Assembly: GCA_964016885.1 (NCBI GenBank)
Contig: OZ024755.1
Location: 43,586,001-43,650,000 of the forward strand
Direction of reading: 5' to 3'
Source of the DNA: Eledone cirrhosa
Lineage: Eukaryota
Length of the DNA: 64,000 nt
Shown here: positions 26,290 through 39,473 of the stretch, piece by piece
How the letters are laid out: each line of letters begins with the position of its first letter
Numbering within the stretch: position 1 is the stretch's first letter
Translations under genes and position numbers: made by a program
The notes under the pieces: generated by a model
What the model saw: only the letters and a program-made list of their open reading frames with translations
Told to the model about the DNA's origin: nothing
Databases searched by the model: none

Positions 26290-27500
26290 AAACCACTTGA
26301 TCACCTATAGATCAGGGGAACACGCCAGCCAGATAGATTATATCCTTACTAGAAGACGGGACAAAGTGTCTGATGTAAACACTAAATCCTTCCCCCGTGA
26401 AGAATGCACCAACATAGCCTAGTAGTTAGTGACCTCATAGTCAGGAATAGACATACTCGACGACAGAGGAGGCCTACCTTGAGGAGAAGAATATGGAAGT
26501 TGAAGGACCCCATAGCCAGTGACAAATTTAAAAGCTTATTACTTGATGCCTTTGACAATAAGGAAGAGCAATTAGAGACGTGTGATATAGAGGAAAAGTG
26601 GGAATTCCTGAAAGTGAACCTGCTGAAAGCAACAGATGAAATCTGTGGCTGGAGCAGACCTATTGGCAGGAGGAGAGTAACTTGGAACAGTAAGGTAGAA
26701 GAGACAATCAAGGCCAAAAAGCAGGCTTGGAAAGTATGGCAGGATGGGGGACGTAGAGAGCACTATCAAGTGGCCAGGAGAGAAGCTAGGAGACAAGTGT
26801 ACCTTGCAAAAAGGGAAGCAGAGGAAAGAAAGTTCAAGCATGTTCTACAACGTGAGGACCAGAAACATGAGGTGTTCAGGATTGCTAGACAATGTGTCAA
26901 GGAAAACCGTGATATTGTCGGGGAGAAGTGTGTCCGTAATGATAACGGTGTACTTGCCCTCACTGATGCTGATACGAAGATAGCCTGGAAGTGTCACTAC
27001 GAGAGACTATTAAATGAGGAGAATAAGTGGGAAAAAGATAGTCTGCCCCAAATCGATCCAATAGAAGGACCAGCGGTGCAAGTTAAAGGTAGTATAATAA
27101 GTAAGGCAATCAAAGATATGAAGACAGGCAAGGCAGCTGGGCCTTCGGAGATAGTTGCTGAGATGTTGAAGGCATCTGGAATGGTGGGACATACTATGGT
27201 CACCCGTATAGTTAACCAAGTAATACAGAATGGGGTCATACCAAAAGACTGGCGTAGCAGCATCATCATTAACTGCTACAAGGGTAAAGGAGATGCTCTA
27301 GATAGAGGAAACTATAGAGGCATTAAGTTAGTTGACCAGGTCATGAAGGTCACAGAAAGAGTTATAGTGCAACTAATCAGAGCGCGAATTGATCTAGATG
27401 AAATGCAGTTTGGGTTTGTGTCAGGTACCACAGACGCTCTTACCCTTGTTTTTACAAGAGAAGTACCTAGCTAAAAGTAAACCCCTCTACTTAGCTTTTG
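26290..27500 (+). mobile_element. RTE-type LINE fragment (end of APE to start of RT)
   Basis: ITYRSG..QIDYIL, QHSLVVSDL, KTGKAAGP, YKGKGDALDRGNYRGIKL, EMQFGF; truncated at both ends. Confidence 0.85.
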
Positions 27501-27501
27501 T

Positions 27502-29492
27502 AGTGTAGGCTCAATGCTTTTTTGCTGTGGCACCTCCACGACCACTTTGCAGTGGGAAGGTGTGGGGGCATATTGTCTATATGCTTCAGCTTCGGCTTGT
27601 ATCCATGGGCGGTCGGGTATTCTGTATGTGTGATGCCAGAGGTCAGGGTCGTGTGTCATCGTTTTTGAGAGGTGTAATTGGGTAAGGTCGGCTTTTATCT
27701 CCCCCACTCCGCGGTTTCCATCGACTTCTAGTGCTCTGCACCTTTTTATGCAGCTGTCATCCTTCATACGCATCACATGTCCATACCAACGCAACCTCCT
27801 CACCTGCACACAGCATTTGATTCCTCTCATGCTCAGTCTCTCTCTCAATTCATTTATGCTTTGTCCATCGGAGCATACAGGCTTCGTTTCTTTCTAATCT
27901 ACGTAAGTCTTCCACATTCAGCGCCCAAGTCTCACTACCATGTAACATTGCTGTTCGTATACATGCATCATACAGTCTGCCTTTCAGTTTGAGGAAAAAG
28001 CCTTTTGCTGCTAGCAGTGGCAGTAGCTCCCTGAACATCTTCCATCCCATTCTTACCCTAGTTATTGTACTTTCTGAACACCCACCTCCACTGCTAATTC
28101 GATCACCTAGGTAGCAGAAGCTGTCTACTGTTTCTACAGAGCCCTCCCAGAGATTGGTGGTACTTGTTTCCTGTGGCTGTTTACTGCTTGCTGTCCCAGC
28201 ACAGCTGCTACATGTGAAGCCTACATTCTTAGTTAAGCTTCCTGAGATCCCGTTACATCTCTTGTGTACCCATTGTTTGCATTTGGGGCAGAGAATGGAG
28301 TTCCTACCTACACCTTTCCTACATACTGAGCAAGGCCATTTCCCTGAGGGGATCTGGGTTCTGCTTCTCGTCTACTTACAAGGACCTTAGTCTTTGTCAG
28401 GTTGACTTTGAGACCCTTTCTTTCTAGTCCTTGCTTCCAAGTTTGGAATTTATTCTCTAGTGCGAGGTCATCTGCATGCAGGAGTTCCCATGGGCATCCG
28501 GTCTTGAACTCCTCCGTCATTGCCTGCAGGACTATGATGAACAGGAGAGGGCTAAGAACAGAGCCCTGGTGGACACCGACCTGTACGCTAAATTCCTCGC
28601 TATACTCATTGCTAATCCTAACTTTGCTGACTGCTCCCCTATACATGGCTTGTACAGCTTTCACAAGCCATTCATCTACTCCTAGTTTTCTAAGAGCCCA
28701 CGAGATTATAGCACGTGGAATTCTGTCAAAGGCTTTCTTGAGATCGATGAATACCAGGTAGAGTGGCTTACTTTTAGTTAAGTACTTTTCCTGTAACTGC
28801 CTCATAAGGAAGAGGGCATCAATGGTGCCTCTTCCTGGTACAAACCCAAATTGCATCTCATCTAGTTTCACCCGGTCCCTAATCAACTGTGCTATAACTC
28901 TTTCTGTGACTTTCATGACCTGGTCCATCAGCTTTATACCTCTATAGTTTCCTCTATCAAGTGCATCACCTTTACCTCTGTAGCAGTTGACAATGATGCT
29001 ACTGCACCAATCCTTTGGTATGACACCTTCTAGTATTACCTGGTTAACAATACGTGTGGTTATAGTGTGACCTACAGACCCAGATGCCTTCAGCATCTCG
29101 GCAGCTATACCCGATGGACCGGTTGCCTTCCCCATCTTCATATCTTTGATTGCCTTACTTACTACGTTGCTGCTGACTTGTACTGCTGGCCCCTCTATAG
29201 GGTCTACTTGGGGTAGGGTCTCTTCTTCCCATGCATTCTCCTCATTTAGTAATCTATCATAATGGCTCTTCCACACACCTTTCTTCTCAGCACTTGTAAG
29301 GGCAAGCTCACCTTTATCATTCCGGATACACTTCTCTCCAATGACATCACAATTCTCTCTGACACACTGCCTCGCAATCTTGAATACCTCCTGCTTCTGG
29401 TCCTTACGTTGCAAAACATGCTTGAATTTTTTATCCTCTGCTTTCTTCTTAGCTAAATATCCTTGTCGCCTAGCTTCCCCCCTGGTCTCTGT
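27502..29492 (-). mobile_element. RTE-type LINE, 3' part (RT, C-terminus, 3' UTR)
   Basis: FIDLKKAFDRIPR, GVHQGSVLSPLLF, HADDL, RRLRWYGHVMR; related to the 26290-27500 copy. Confidence 0.88.
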
Positions 29493-31487
29493 GTAATAAT
29501 AATAATAAGAATGAAATTATTGTGTAAAGTGCTCAGGTGCACTACAACTCGTCAAAGGTGCATGTATATTACATAGAATAATACACAAATGTCAGGGAAG
29601 TGAATAGTATATGAGTCATGATATACATGTGTGTATGTGTATGGAGGGGGAACATTAGGTATAGTGTTGGCGAATCTTGGGAAGCATGGAGGCCTTAAAG
29701 GATGCAGTGTCTCGACAGCTAACAACCGATGCAGGTAGTTTGTTCCATGCTTCAGCAACTCTGAGCGTGAAAAAATGTTTCAGAAAGTCATGGGAACTGT
29801 ACTGTTTTCTGACTTTATGGGCATGCCCACGTGTGTTAGACACATGGAAATCAAAAAGGTACTCGGGGTTGTTGTTGGCAAGATGGTTAACAATTTTGTG
29901 GGTGTTTACCAAGTCAGTTGCCAGGCGTCGGAGCTTCAATGTATCCATGCCCAGAGAAGCAAGGTGCTCAGAGTATGGTAGATGCTTGATGGAGGGTATT
30001 TGCTTGGTTGCACGTCTCTAAACAGTTTCCAGGTGGTCAATGTTCTGAGCAAGATAGGGGTTCCAGACAGGTGATGCAAATTCTAAGTGTGGCCGCACCA
30101 TAGCCATGGACAGCCCTAAATAGATAGCTGGAGAGCGGCTGACAAAGGTCTTGCTGAGTGATGCTAAGACACCCTCGGCCCTCTTGACAATTTTAGAGAC
30201 GTGCTTCGTCCAACGCAAATCGCTGCTGACCGTAATGCCCAGGTCACGTTCACAAGAAGACTTCTTGATATTAGTGCTGTGGAGGGAGTATGTGGATGCT
30301 GGGTTTTTACTCCCAAAATGCATGGTGGTGCACTTGTCCACAGCTAGCTTGAGTTGCCAGTCTGAGATCCATTGTTGCATTGTGTCCAGGTCAGACTGCA
30401 AGCAAGATCTATAGTGTTCAGGATTTGTCCTTTTTATCTCAAGGTACAGCTTGATGTCATCTGCGTACTTTAGTACTGTGGAATTCTTTAAGTTGGCATC
30501 TATGTCATTAATATATGCCCCAAACAAAAGGGGTCCAAGAACAGATCCCTGTGGTACACCAGATGACATCTCATATGGTGAGGAATGCTGTCCCAAAACC
30601 GTGACTATCTCTCTTCGACTGAGAATGAAGGACTTCAACCAGTTAAAAAGATCACCCTTCACACCCATTGCAGAGAGTGTTGCCATAAGCCTTTTGTGTG
30701 GCACAGAATTGAAAGCTTTCGCAAAGTCAAGGTAAACAACATCCACCCATGAGCCGTCATCAGTGATCCGGGTGATGTCTTCAAGAAACTCGATAAGTTG
30801 ATCACAGCAGCTGGAGTTGGGGATAAATCCAACTTGCGAGGGCCGGATAAGAAGTTCCAAAGTGTTTCTCTGACACAGGATTCCATCAGTTTGGCAATGC
30901 AACTAGTAAGACTGACTGGACGATAGTTCACAGGTGATGTGCGGTCACCCTTTTTGGACAGAGGAATGACACTGGCAGTTTTCCACTGTTCTGGAGTAGC
31001 ACCGTTGTTCAGACAGAATTGGAAGAAGCGTGATAACTGGTGCAGAAGGAAGTACCCATTACATTTAAGAAGCAGGTACGTAACACCATCAAGACCAGGA
31101 GAGGCATGGTTGCGTTTATTTTTTAGGTGACGTCGCAGCATTGCAGGTGTAAATTCCATGGTTGTAATAGAGTCCGGTGTCATAGGTGGTGGAGATGATA
31201 CACTCTGGTCTTCAATAGTGAAAATGCCTGCATAGCATTCAGCAATGAGCTCTGCGCATTCCTTGGGGTCGTCAGTAACCTGGCTTGTGTGGGGATTGTG
31301 AAGAGGACCAACTGGAGAGTGAGGCCTCTGCTTTGAGTGAACATACTTCCAGAACACCTTACTGTCAGGGCTGGTTGCTATGCGCTGCTCAAATTGAAGC
31401 ACTGCCTTTTTTGTCGCCTGTTTGAGGTGGTTGGATGATCTATTTCGCCTCTTCCTATTAATGTCTGATTTGTGAAGTTTGTACTCA
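29493..31487 (-). mobile_element. 5'-truncated CR1-clade LINE nested in the RTE copy
   Basis: NYRPVSLTS, DVVYLDFAKAFNSVPH, GVPQGSVLGPLLF, KYADDIKL, ERDLGI, TRGHAHK, FFTLRVAEAWNKLP; 3' tail ATTCTT(ATT)n near 29495-29513. Confidence 0.88.
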
Positions 31488-31940
31488 TGTACCCTGCTTC
31501 CCCATTCTTCCATTCTTTCCATGCCTGTCTCTTGGCCTTAACTGCCTCATCTACCTTATTGTTCCACCACCAAGTTACTCTCCTCCTGCCTGTGGTCTTA
31601 ATCCAGCCACAGATCTCATCCGTCGCCTCTAGTAAGTTATTTTTTAGGAATTCCCAGTGCTTTTCTACATTGAATGCCTCTATCTGTTCTTCTTTACTGT
31701 CGTAGGCGTCTTTAAATCTGTTACTGGCTGAGGGGTCTTTCAGCTTCCAGATCTTTCTTCTCCAGGTTGGCCTGTTTCCAGGTTCATCTAGTTCTGACCG
31801 TGAGGTCGCTGACAACTAAGCTATGTTGGGAGGTACATTCCTCACTAGGGAAGGCTTTTGTGTTTACGACTGTCCATCTGTCACGTCCTCTGATGAGGAT
31901 AAAATCTATCTGTCTAGAATGCTCCCCTGATCTATAGGTG

Positions 31941-31946
<6 letters not shown>
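31488..31946 (-). mobile_element. RTE-type LINE, 5' part of the copy interrupted by CR1
   Basis: ITYRSG..QIDFIL..QHSLVVSDL, KIWKLKDP, RRVTWWWN; colinear with 26290-26760. Confidence 0.85.
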
Positions 31947-31970
<24 letters not shown>

Positions 31971-31975
<5 letters not shown>

Positions 31976-32182
31976 TAAAATAACAAGTTTAAAGTTTAAG
32001 CAAAGAATTGCTGCTTTCACCCTTTCAGAAGATCCTGTTAAGGGTGAAAGCAGCGATTCTTTGCTTAAACTTTAATCTGTTATTTTAATAAACATTTGCC
32101 CTAGGGTTCTTATATATTTGATATATATTTATCCTTATCGAGCCCTCTTTGGATTTTAGTCTTCACATTTATTATTATTACT
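31971..32182 (+). mobile_element. Short hairpin-ended putative PLE pLTR-derived insertion in (TA)n
   Basis: Inverted arms 31971-32024 / 32040-32091; remainder is the reverse complement of 33651-33740; TA runs on both sides. Confidence 0.7.
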
Positions 32183-32689
32183 ATATATATAAATATATAT
32201 ATATAAGGTATTTTAGTAATCAGTTTCTGTTATTTCAGTCGAATCTCGGTAATGTTGATCGAGGACTGTGTCAGCATACAGTTGCTTTTGACAACATGTA
32301 TGAATTACCACTCAGAGTTGCTCTCAGGGTGGTCTACCATAAGTACCACAATTGATAATCCATGGAGTTATTATAATTAGACAATAACTTACATGAATAC
32401 ACTGTTCACTGTACGAGAAGGAATAGCATTTATTACATAATGTTTACATATGTTTCATTAAGATCTGAAATTATTACATCTAGAAAGCTCTAATCCTGAG
32501 ATGTTGGGATGACTCAGTTTACTATATGCTAACAATATCTTCACACATCAACTTTTCAAAACAGAATAACAACTTCATTCGAACCTGGGAACATATAAAG
32601 AGATGAGGCAAGGTATAGACAAGAGGTTTACAAATGGAATTAGTAGTTATTAATACAGCAGACATTGTGTTGACATCTGGTTATGTCAA

Positions 32690-32903
32690 CTAGGTGTGGC
32701 AGGTTATTTCATCCACTAGAGGTGGCAGGTTATTTTGTCCATTAGGGATGGCAGGTTATTTCGTCCACTAGGGGTGGCAGGTTATTTCGCCCACTAGGCG
32801 TGGCAGGTTATTTCATCCACTAGGGGTAGCAGGTTATTTCATCCACTAGGGGTGGCAGGTTATTTCATCCACTAGGGGTGGCAGGTTATTTCGTCCACTA
32901 GGC
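32690..32903. repeat. 26-bp minisatellite, about 8 copies
   Basis: Unit CTAGGGGTGGCAGGTTATTTCATCCA. Confidence 0.9.
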
Positions 32904-33330
32904 ATGACTATTGGCTGTTGATTGGTTGAAACAATTCCTGTTCTTAGGTCTCAACATTCTACCCCTGAGTATATCGAGGGTATTACTCAGGACAGATTTC
33001 TTTGGTGTATGTCAACACCTAAGGATGGAAACTTTCCTGAAGCTATATGGATAACAGTCCCAAATACACCAACACTGCTCCTATCTCTTCTTGTCTCTAT
33101 TAGCGTTTAAACGTATTATAGGGCCACACGAACATAGCAGTTGAACCCACGTCCTTCCTTATCCTCACTTCCACTCTACGTCTCTGAACCACTACTTACT
33201 GAGATATACGTTGGCAGAGTCCAATCTCCCCCCCCCCCACACCTCCACCTGACACACACACACTTTTACTCTCCGGGATTTCTTCCTCTGCCCTTTCTTT
33301 ATACTTCTGCACCGTCTATTTTACACATGT

Positions 33331-33511
33331 GATTGACTTGGCAGTATCGGTAGAGCGTCAGACACCATGCTTTGCAGCATAGTTATGGTGGTTTGCATTC
33401 TGAGTTCAAATCCGCTGAGGTTAACTTTGCCTTTCATCCTTACAAGGTCGATAAAATAAAGTACCAGTGATGCACTGGGGTAATCACTGGCCTTGTGCCA
33501 AAAGTAGAAAC
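33331..33511 (+). mobile_element. tRNA-derived MetaSINE-like SINE with a 16-bp TSD
   Basis: A-box-like TGGCAGTATCGG, B-box GAGTTCAAATCC, Meta-like GCCTTTCATCCTT..GGTCGATAAAATAAAGTACCAG; TSD TCTATTTTACACATGT at 33315-33330 and 33512-33527. Confidence 0.8.
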
Positions 33512-33650
33512 TCTATTTTACACATGTAATGTATTCCTGGTTTTCTCGCTCATAAACATCAATATAAATTGTAAATTACAAATGTCATTTTTAATATAGA
33601 TTAGGAGGCACATGCTATTTTCATTCTTCTAAAGGGTGTATATATATATA

Positions 33651-34171
33651 GTAATAATAATAAATTTGAAGACTAAAATCCAAAGAGGGCTCGATAAGGA
33701 TAAATATATATCAAATATATAAGAACCGTAGAGCAAATATTTATTAAAATAACAGATTAAAGTTTAAGCAAAGAATCACTGCTTTCACCCTTAACGGGAT
33801 CTTCTGAAACTAACAAAGTCAATCTGTAAACGCAGAACTGGATATTTCAAAAAACGTTGCAACCGGAGGAAGACAGGAAGACGATACTTTGGTTCGTGGA
33901 AATGTTCGCTGGCAAAGAACGGGAAAAAACGAATATAATACGTCATTAATAGGACGTATTAATGACGTATTATATTCGTTTTTTCCCGTTCTTTGCCAGC
34001 GAACATTTCCACGAACCAAAGTATCGTCTTCCTGTCTTCCTCCGGTTGCAACGTTTTTTGAAATATCCAGTTCTGCGTTTACAGATTGACTTTGTTAGTT
34101 TCAGAAGATCCCGTTAAGGGTGAAAGCAGTGATTCTTTGCTTAAACTTTAATCTGTTATTTTAATAAATAT
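33651..34171 (-). mobile_element. Putative PLE pLTR-derived insertion with a 215-bp-arm perfect palindrome, in (TA)n
   Basis: 33737-33951 is the reverse complement of 33957-34171 (loop GGACG); unpaired tail 33651-33736 is shared with 13873 and ~32095-32182. Confidence 0.75.
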
Positions 34172-34261
34172 ATATATATATATATATATGCAATTTTCCC
34201 TAACATTACCCTATAAGTTTAACACGTTCTTTTATTACCATTAGTAGTATTATACTAATAT

Positions 34262-34297
<36 letters not shown>

Positions 34298-34551
34298 CAA
34301 GGTCACAGAAGCCAAGAAACACTCCTAAATAGATTAAAATATCTTCAGTTATTGTTTGCTGCTAAAACAACCCCAACGGATTGACCTGATTCCAGGACAA
34401 TGGCACCACTAAGAAATTCGATAGACTTGTTGTGGTTGAAGCTAATTCTGACCAATGGAAAGGGGTTAATTCTACTGATGCTTAAATTTGTTCATTCTAA
34501 ATCAGACAATTCAAACTGAAGGTGCTCCGAGAGCCACATGGGTCACATATG

Positions 34552-37500
34552 TATAACGGCGGCGAAGATTCGAAACCGAATCTGAGCTTTCCCGCCTCTG
34601 GGACAAGCCGTGGTAACTTGTTTACGCTCAAGAGACTAACCCCTTGGGAGAGGCTAAACACAGGTCAGAGGTGTTTACGCCTGACAGAAAATAGGTCAGA
34701 GGATATATCCATCTTTCTGACTTGTTTACGCTTGGCAAACTAATCCCTTGGGAGACTAACTAAAGTTCAGAGGATATATCTATCCTTCTAACTTCAACTC
34801 TTATAAATACAGGGGTTGTTCACGTCTCGACAGAAAAGAAGTGATATACAGACAAGGCAAGTCGCATTTACAAGCTCTCGTCACGAAAAACCAGTCTGCC
34901 ACTTATTCTCACCTTCCTGGCTGATCGCTGACTCCTGTAATACAAACAAGTAAATATACTGATATGCACACACGCATTCATAGTGAGTTCAGTGTTTTTT
35001 CACGCACCATTTCTGTTTACACATATTGTACCTTTCTGATACAGTACAAATTATATTATAATCGTATTCTGTGATACTTGAATTTACATGGCTCGAAGAG
35101 CCACCAAATTATTGTATGAATATTTTGTGTTATTGATTTTATCATTCAATATTCAAATTAAATATTGTTATAATAAAATAAACTTTGTAACAACACAAAC
35201 CTGGTATTTTTCTTTACATCGAAACCACCATACCAACAGTTACATCCATCCATCCACTTATCGTTACAACCACACATTTCCTCATAACCAAAGTCGCCTA
35301 TTTTTCATTCAGGATCGCGTCACAGGCACGTGTTTCCTGGTCAACACCGGTGCTGAAGTCAGCAACATTCCGGTTTCCTGCGTTCCTGGAAAAAGGAGAG
35401 AGACACCAGCCTGGCTTCAGGCGGTGAATCACTCACATATTCCGACCTACGGAGAACAGTCCCTGACACTAAATTTGGGACTACGCCGCACTTTCCAGTG
35501 GGTATTCATTGTGGCTAAGCTGCCAACCCCTATTTTAGGAGCTGACTTTCTTCAGCACTTCTCGCTGCTAGTGGACCTGAAAAACCAACGACTCGTTGAC
35601 AACTCCACAGGTCTCACTGTGCGCGGCATATCTGCTAGGACAGCCACAGACAGTCCAGTCATTTCACGATTGACAACAACAACCCGGCACAACCACATCA
35701 TCAACAAATACACAGACGTAGCTCGACCACTATTCAACGCTTGCCCTGTAAAACATGACGTCACACACCACATAAAAACACATGGCCCACCTGTCGCAGC
35801 ATGACCTAGAAGGCTACCACCAGACCGGCTGAAGTCCGTCAAACAAGAATTTCAGCACATGCTGGATCTCGGCATCATACGTCCGTCCAGCAGCAACTGG
35901 TCCTCACCCATACACTGTGTACCCAAGAAGTCGTCGAACGACTGGCGAATCTGTGGCGACTACCGTGCACTGAACAACTGCACCGTTCCTGATTCTTATC
36001 CAGTGCCTCATCTACAGGAATTCTCTAGCTCGCTGCATGGGGCTCGCATATTTTCGAAGATCGATCTTGTGCGAGCTTACAATCAGATACCCGTTGAGCC
36101 TGCAGATATTCCAAAGACCGCAGTCACAACACCCTTTGGAATGTTCGAATTTCTGTGTATGCCTTTCGGTTTGCGAAATGCAGCGCAGACATTCCAGCGA
36201 TTCATCGATACAGTCACCAGAGGTCTACCTTTTGTATACGCATACATTGACGACTTACTGGTGACCAGCAGCTCCGATGAAGAACATGAGAAACATCTGG
36301 ATCTCCTATTCACACGTTTGCGTGAATACGGAATGGTTATCGACCCCAGCAAATATGAGTTCGGAGTTGCGTCCCTTCATTTTCTGGGACACATCATTGA
36401 CAAAGATGGTATTCGCCCACTTAAGGAGAAAGTCAAATCCATCTTTGATTTTCCACAACCTACATCTCTCCGCAAACTGCGAGAATTTCTTGGCCTGGTA
36501 AACTTCTACAGAAGATTTATACCCCACTGTGCAGAGACAGCCCAACCACTCACAGATTTGCTGCGGCAGCGTACAACCAAAAACGCAAACATCAAGCTCA
36601 GCGAAAAAGAATGTACCGCTTTCGCTGAGTTGAAGAAAATGTTGTCCGAGGCTACAATGCTGAGTTACCCCAAACCTGACGCCCCAATGTGTTTATTGAC
36701 TGATGCATCTGATTTCGGAGTTGGAGGTGTGCTTCAACAACTCTCTGGCGATATTTGGCGACCTGTATCTTTTTTCTCTAAGCGATTAAAACCCGCCGAA
36801 ACTAAGTACAGCACATTTAGTCGTGAATTATTGGCAGCATACCTTGCTGTCAAGCATTTTCGACACATGCTAGAAGGTCGTGTGTTCTCTATATACACCG
36901 ACCACAAACCACTAGTGTACGCGTTCAATGCCAAGCCTGACCGACACTCACCCAGGGAGGTCCGACATTTGGACTTCATTTCTCAGTACACTACTGATAT
37001 TCGGTACATTAAGGGTGCCACCAACTCAGTAGCTGATTCCCTATCGCGCATGGAGCTTAACGCAATCCACACCACTGCCACTATAGACCTCCAGAGGATT
37101 GCAGCGGATCAACAGAATGACGAGGAACTGCTGCAACTCCGGAAATCATCCTTGAAATTGAAGGAATGCCCGCTGCCCTCTTCTTCGGGTTATATTTGGT
37201 GCGATATCTCCACAGGCCACGAGCGCCCATACGTGTCCCGGAAACATCGACGCAACATTTTCTCGGCACTGCATTCTCTGGCACATCCTGGCGTCCGCGC
37301 CACGCAGAAACTGATGGTTGCCCGCTTTGTGTGGCCCAACATCAACAAGGACACCCGCGAATGGGCTAAGAACTGTGTCGCATGCCAGAAGGCGAAAATT
37401 CACCGGCACATCAAAGCCCCGATCGGTTCTTTCACAACACCTGATGCACGGTTCCAATAAGTGCATATAGACATCGTTGGACCTTTGCCTCCTTCTCACA

Positions 37501-39473
37501 ACTACACTCATCTTCTCACCTGTGTCGACCGATTTTCTCGCTGGCCAGAAGCTTTATTACTGCGGAAACTGTCACCAAAACGCTAGTGTTTCACTGGGTT
37601 TCGCGTTTCGGCACACCCGCGACCATCACTACGGATAGAGGACGTCAGTTCGATTCGCACCTATTTACCGAGCTGACTCGTCTCCTCGGGTGCAAACACA
37701 TCCATACAACAGCGTATCACCCTGCCGCTAACGGCATGGTAGAACGCTTCCACCGCCAGCTAAAAGTATCTATCAAGGCTTACGAAGACTCCACTAACTG
37801 GTTCGAATACCTCTCACTCATTCTTCTTGGTATTCGTTCCACTGTTAAGGAGGGAGTCGGACATTCTCCAGCTGAAATGTTGTATGGCACCGTACTAACT
37901 CTACCCGGACAAATGATCGCTCCTGTTTCGCCACAAGGACTTCCACACCCAACAAAATATGTGCACCGTTTACGGTCATCGATGTCGCATCTGTCTCCTT
38001 CAGCCCCTAAACAACAGCACGTTACTTCACACATACCAAAAGACATCGATACATGGACGCATGTTTTCGTTAGAAATGACAGTGTTCCATCGCAACTTCG
38101 TCCCCCGTATTCTGGGCCCTATAAGGTGATACAGAAACGCCCTAAGTATTTCGTCCTCGACTTGAACGGGAAACGAAATACCGTCTCCATTGATCGTTTA
38201 AAAAAAGCGTTCATAGAACAGGAATTGCCACCAGTACCCACCGTTTCTCCAGCAGACTCACCAACAACTTTGCCCGACAGAAACACGTCAAATTCTGCAC
38301 AACCCCGACACACCAAATCTGGAAGAACAGTCCGATGGCCCACACGATACGTACAAGTTTATCGGGTAAGTACAAATTATGCATCTGGTCGACATTTCGG
38401 CTAATTTGTACATTTCAACGAATCGGCCAATTTCTGTGGTCATGAACTATTGCTACACACAAATCAATTAACTCTGTGCATCACCCACATCAAAAGAACA
38501 GACAAAAGAACATTTTTGCGTTTCTATGAAATGAACAAACTTTTATTCAACAAACTTTTCGTACGAACATTTTCAATTTTATGTAACATCACAGTACATT
38601 TTCCTGCATGAAAAATTTCTTTTGCTTTGCATGTTTTCTTTCATTTCTCCTGTTTGTAAATGACTTTCATGTGTTTTTTTAATTTTTACTGATTTTCTTC
38701 AACAACACACCTAGTCATACCTATCTTCATTTCACATGCACCTAGATCGTTCAATCTTAGCTTTCTTTCTGGAAGTGGGGTACTATAACGGCGGCGAAGA
38801 TTCAAAACCGAATCTGAGCTTTCCCGCCTCTGGGACAAGCCTTGGTAACTTGTTTACGCTCAAGAGACTAACCCCTTGGGAGAGGCTAAACACAGGTCAG
38901 AGGTGTTTACGCTTGGCAAACTAATCCCTTGGGAGAGACTAACCAAAGTTCAGAGGATATATCTATCCTTCTAACTTCAACTCTTATAAATACAGGGGTT
39001 GTTCACGCCCCGACAGAAAAGAAGTGATATACAGACAAGGCAAGTCGCATTTACAAGCTCTCGTCACGAAAAACCAGTCTGCCACTTATTCTCACCTTCC
39101 TGGCTGATCGCTGACTCCTGTAATACAAACAAGTAAATATACTGATACGCACACACACATTCATAGTGAGTTCAGTGTTTTTTCACGTACCATTTCTGTT
39201 TACACATATTGTACCTTTCTGATACAGTACAAATTATATTATAATCGTATTCTGTGATACTTGAATTTACGTGGCTCAAAGAACCACCAAATTATTGTAT
39301 GAATATTTTGTGTTGTTGATTTTATCATTCAATATTCAAATTGAATATTGTTATAATAAAATAAACTTTGTAACAACACAAACCTGGTATTTTTCTTTAC
39401 ATCAAAACCATCATACCAACAGTTACATCCATCCATCCACTTATCGTTACAACCACACATTTATTCCGTTACA
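34552..39473 (+). mobile_element. Ty3/Gypsy LTR retrotransposon, gag- and PBS-deleted, with 4-bp TSD TATG
   Basis: LTRs 34552-35279 and 38784-39473 (TATAACGG...CCGTTACA); TATG at 34548-51 and 39474-77; PPT-like GGAAGTGGGG before the 3' LTR. Confidence 0.93.
35285..38404 (+). pseudogene. Gypsy pol (PR-RT-RNase H-IN), disrupted
   Basis: FLVNTGA (catalytic D>N), [69 protein letters not shown]. Stops at ~35804 and ~37460; frameshift near 37555. Confidence 0.92.

Noticed and set aside
33819-34089. Twin 66-aa ORFs on opposite strands
   Set aside because: Consequence of the perfect palindrome.
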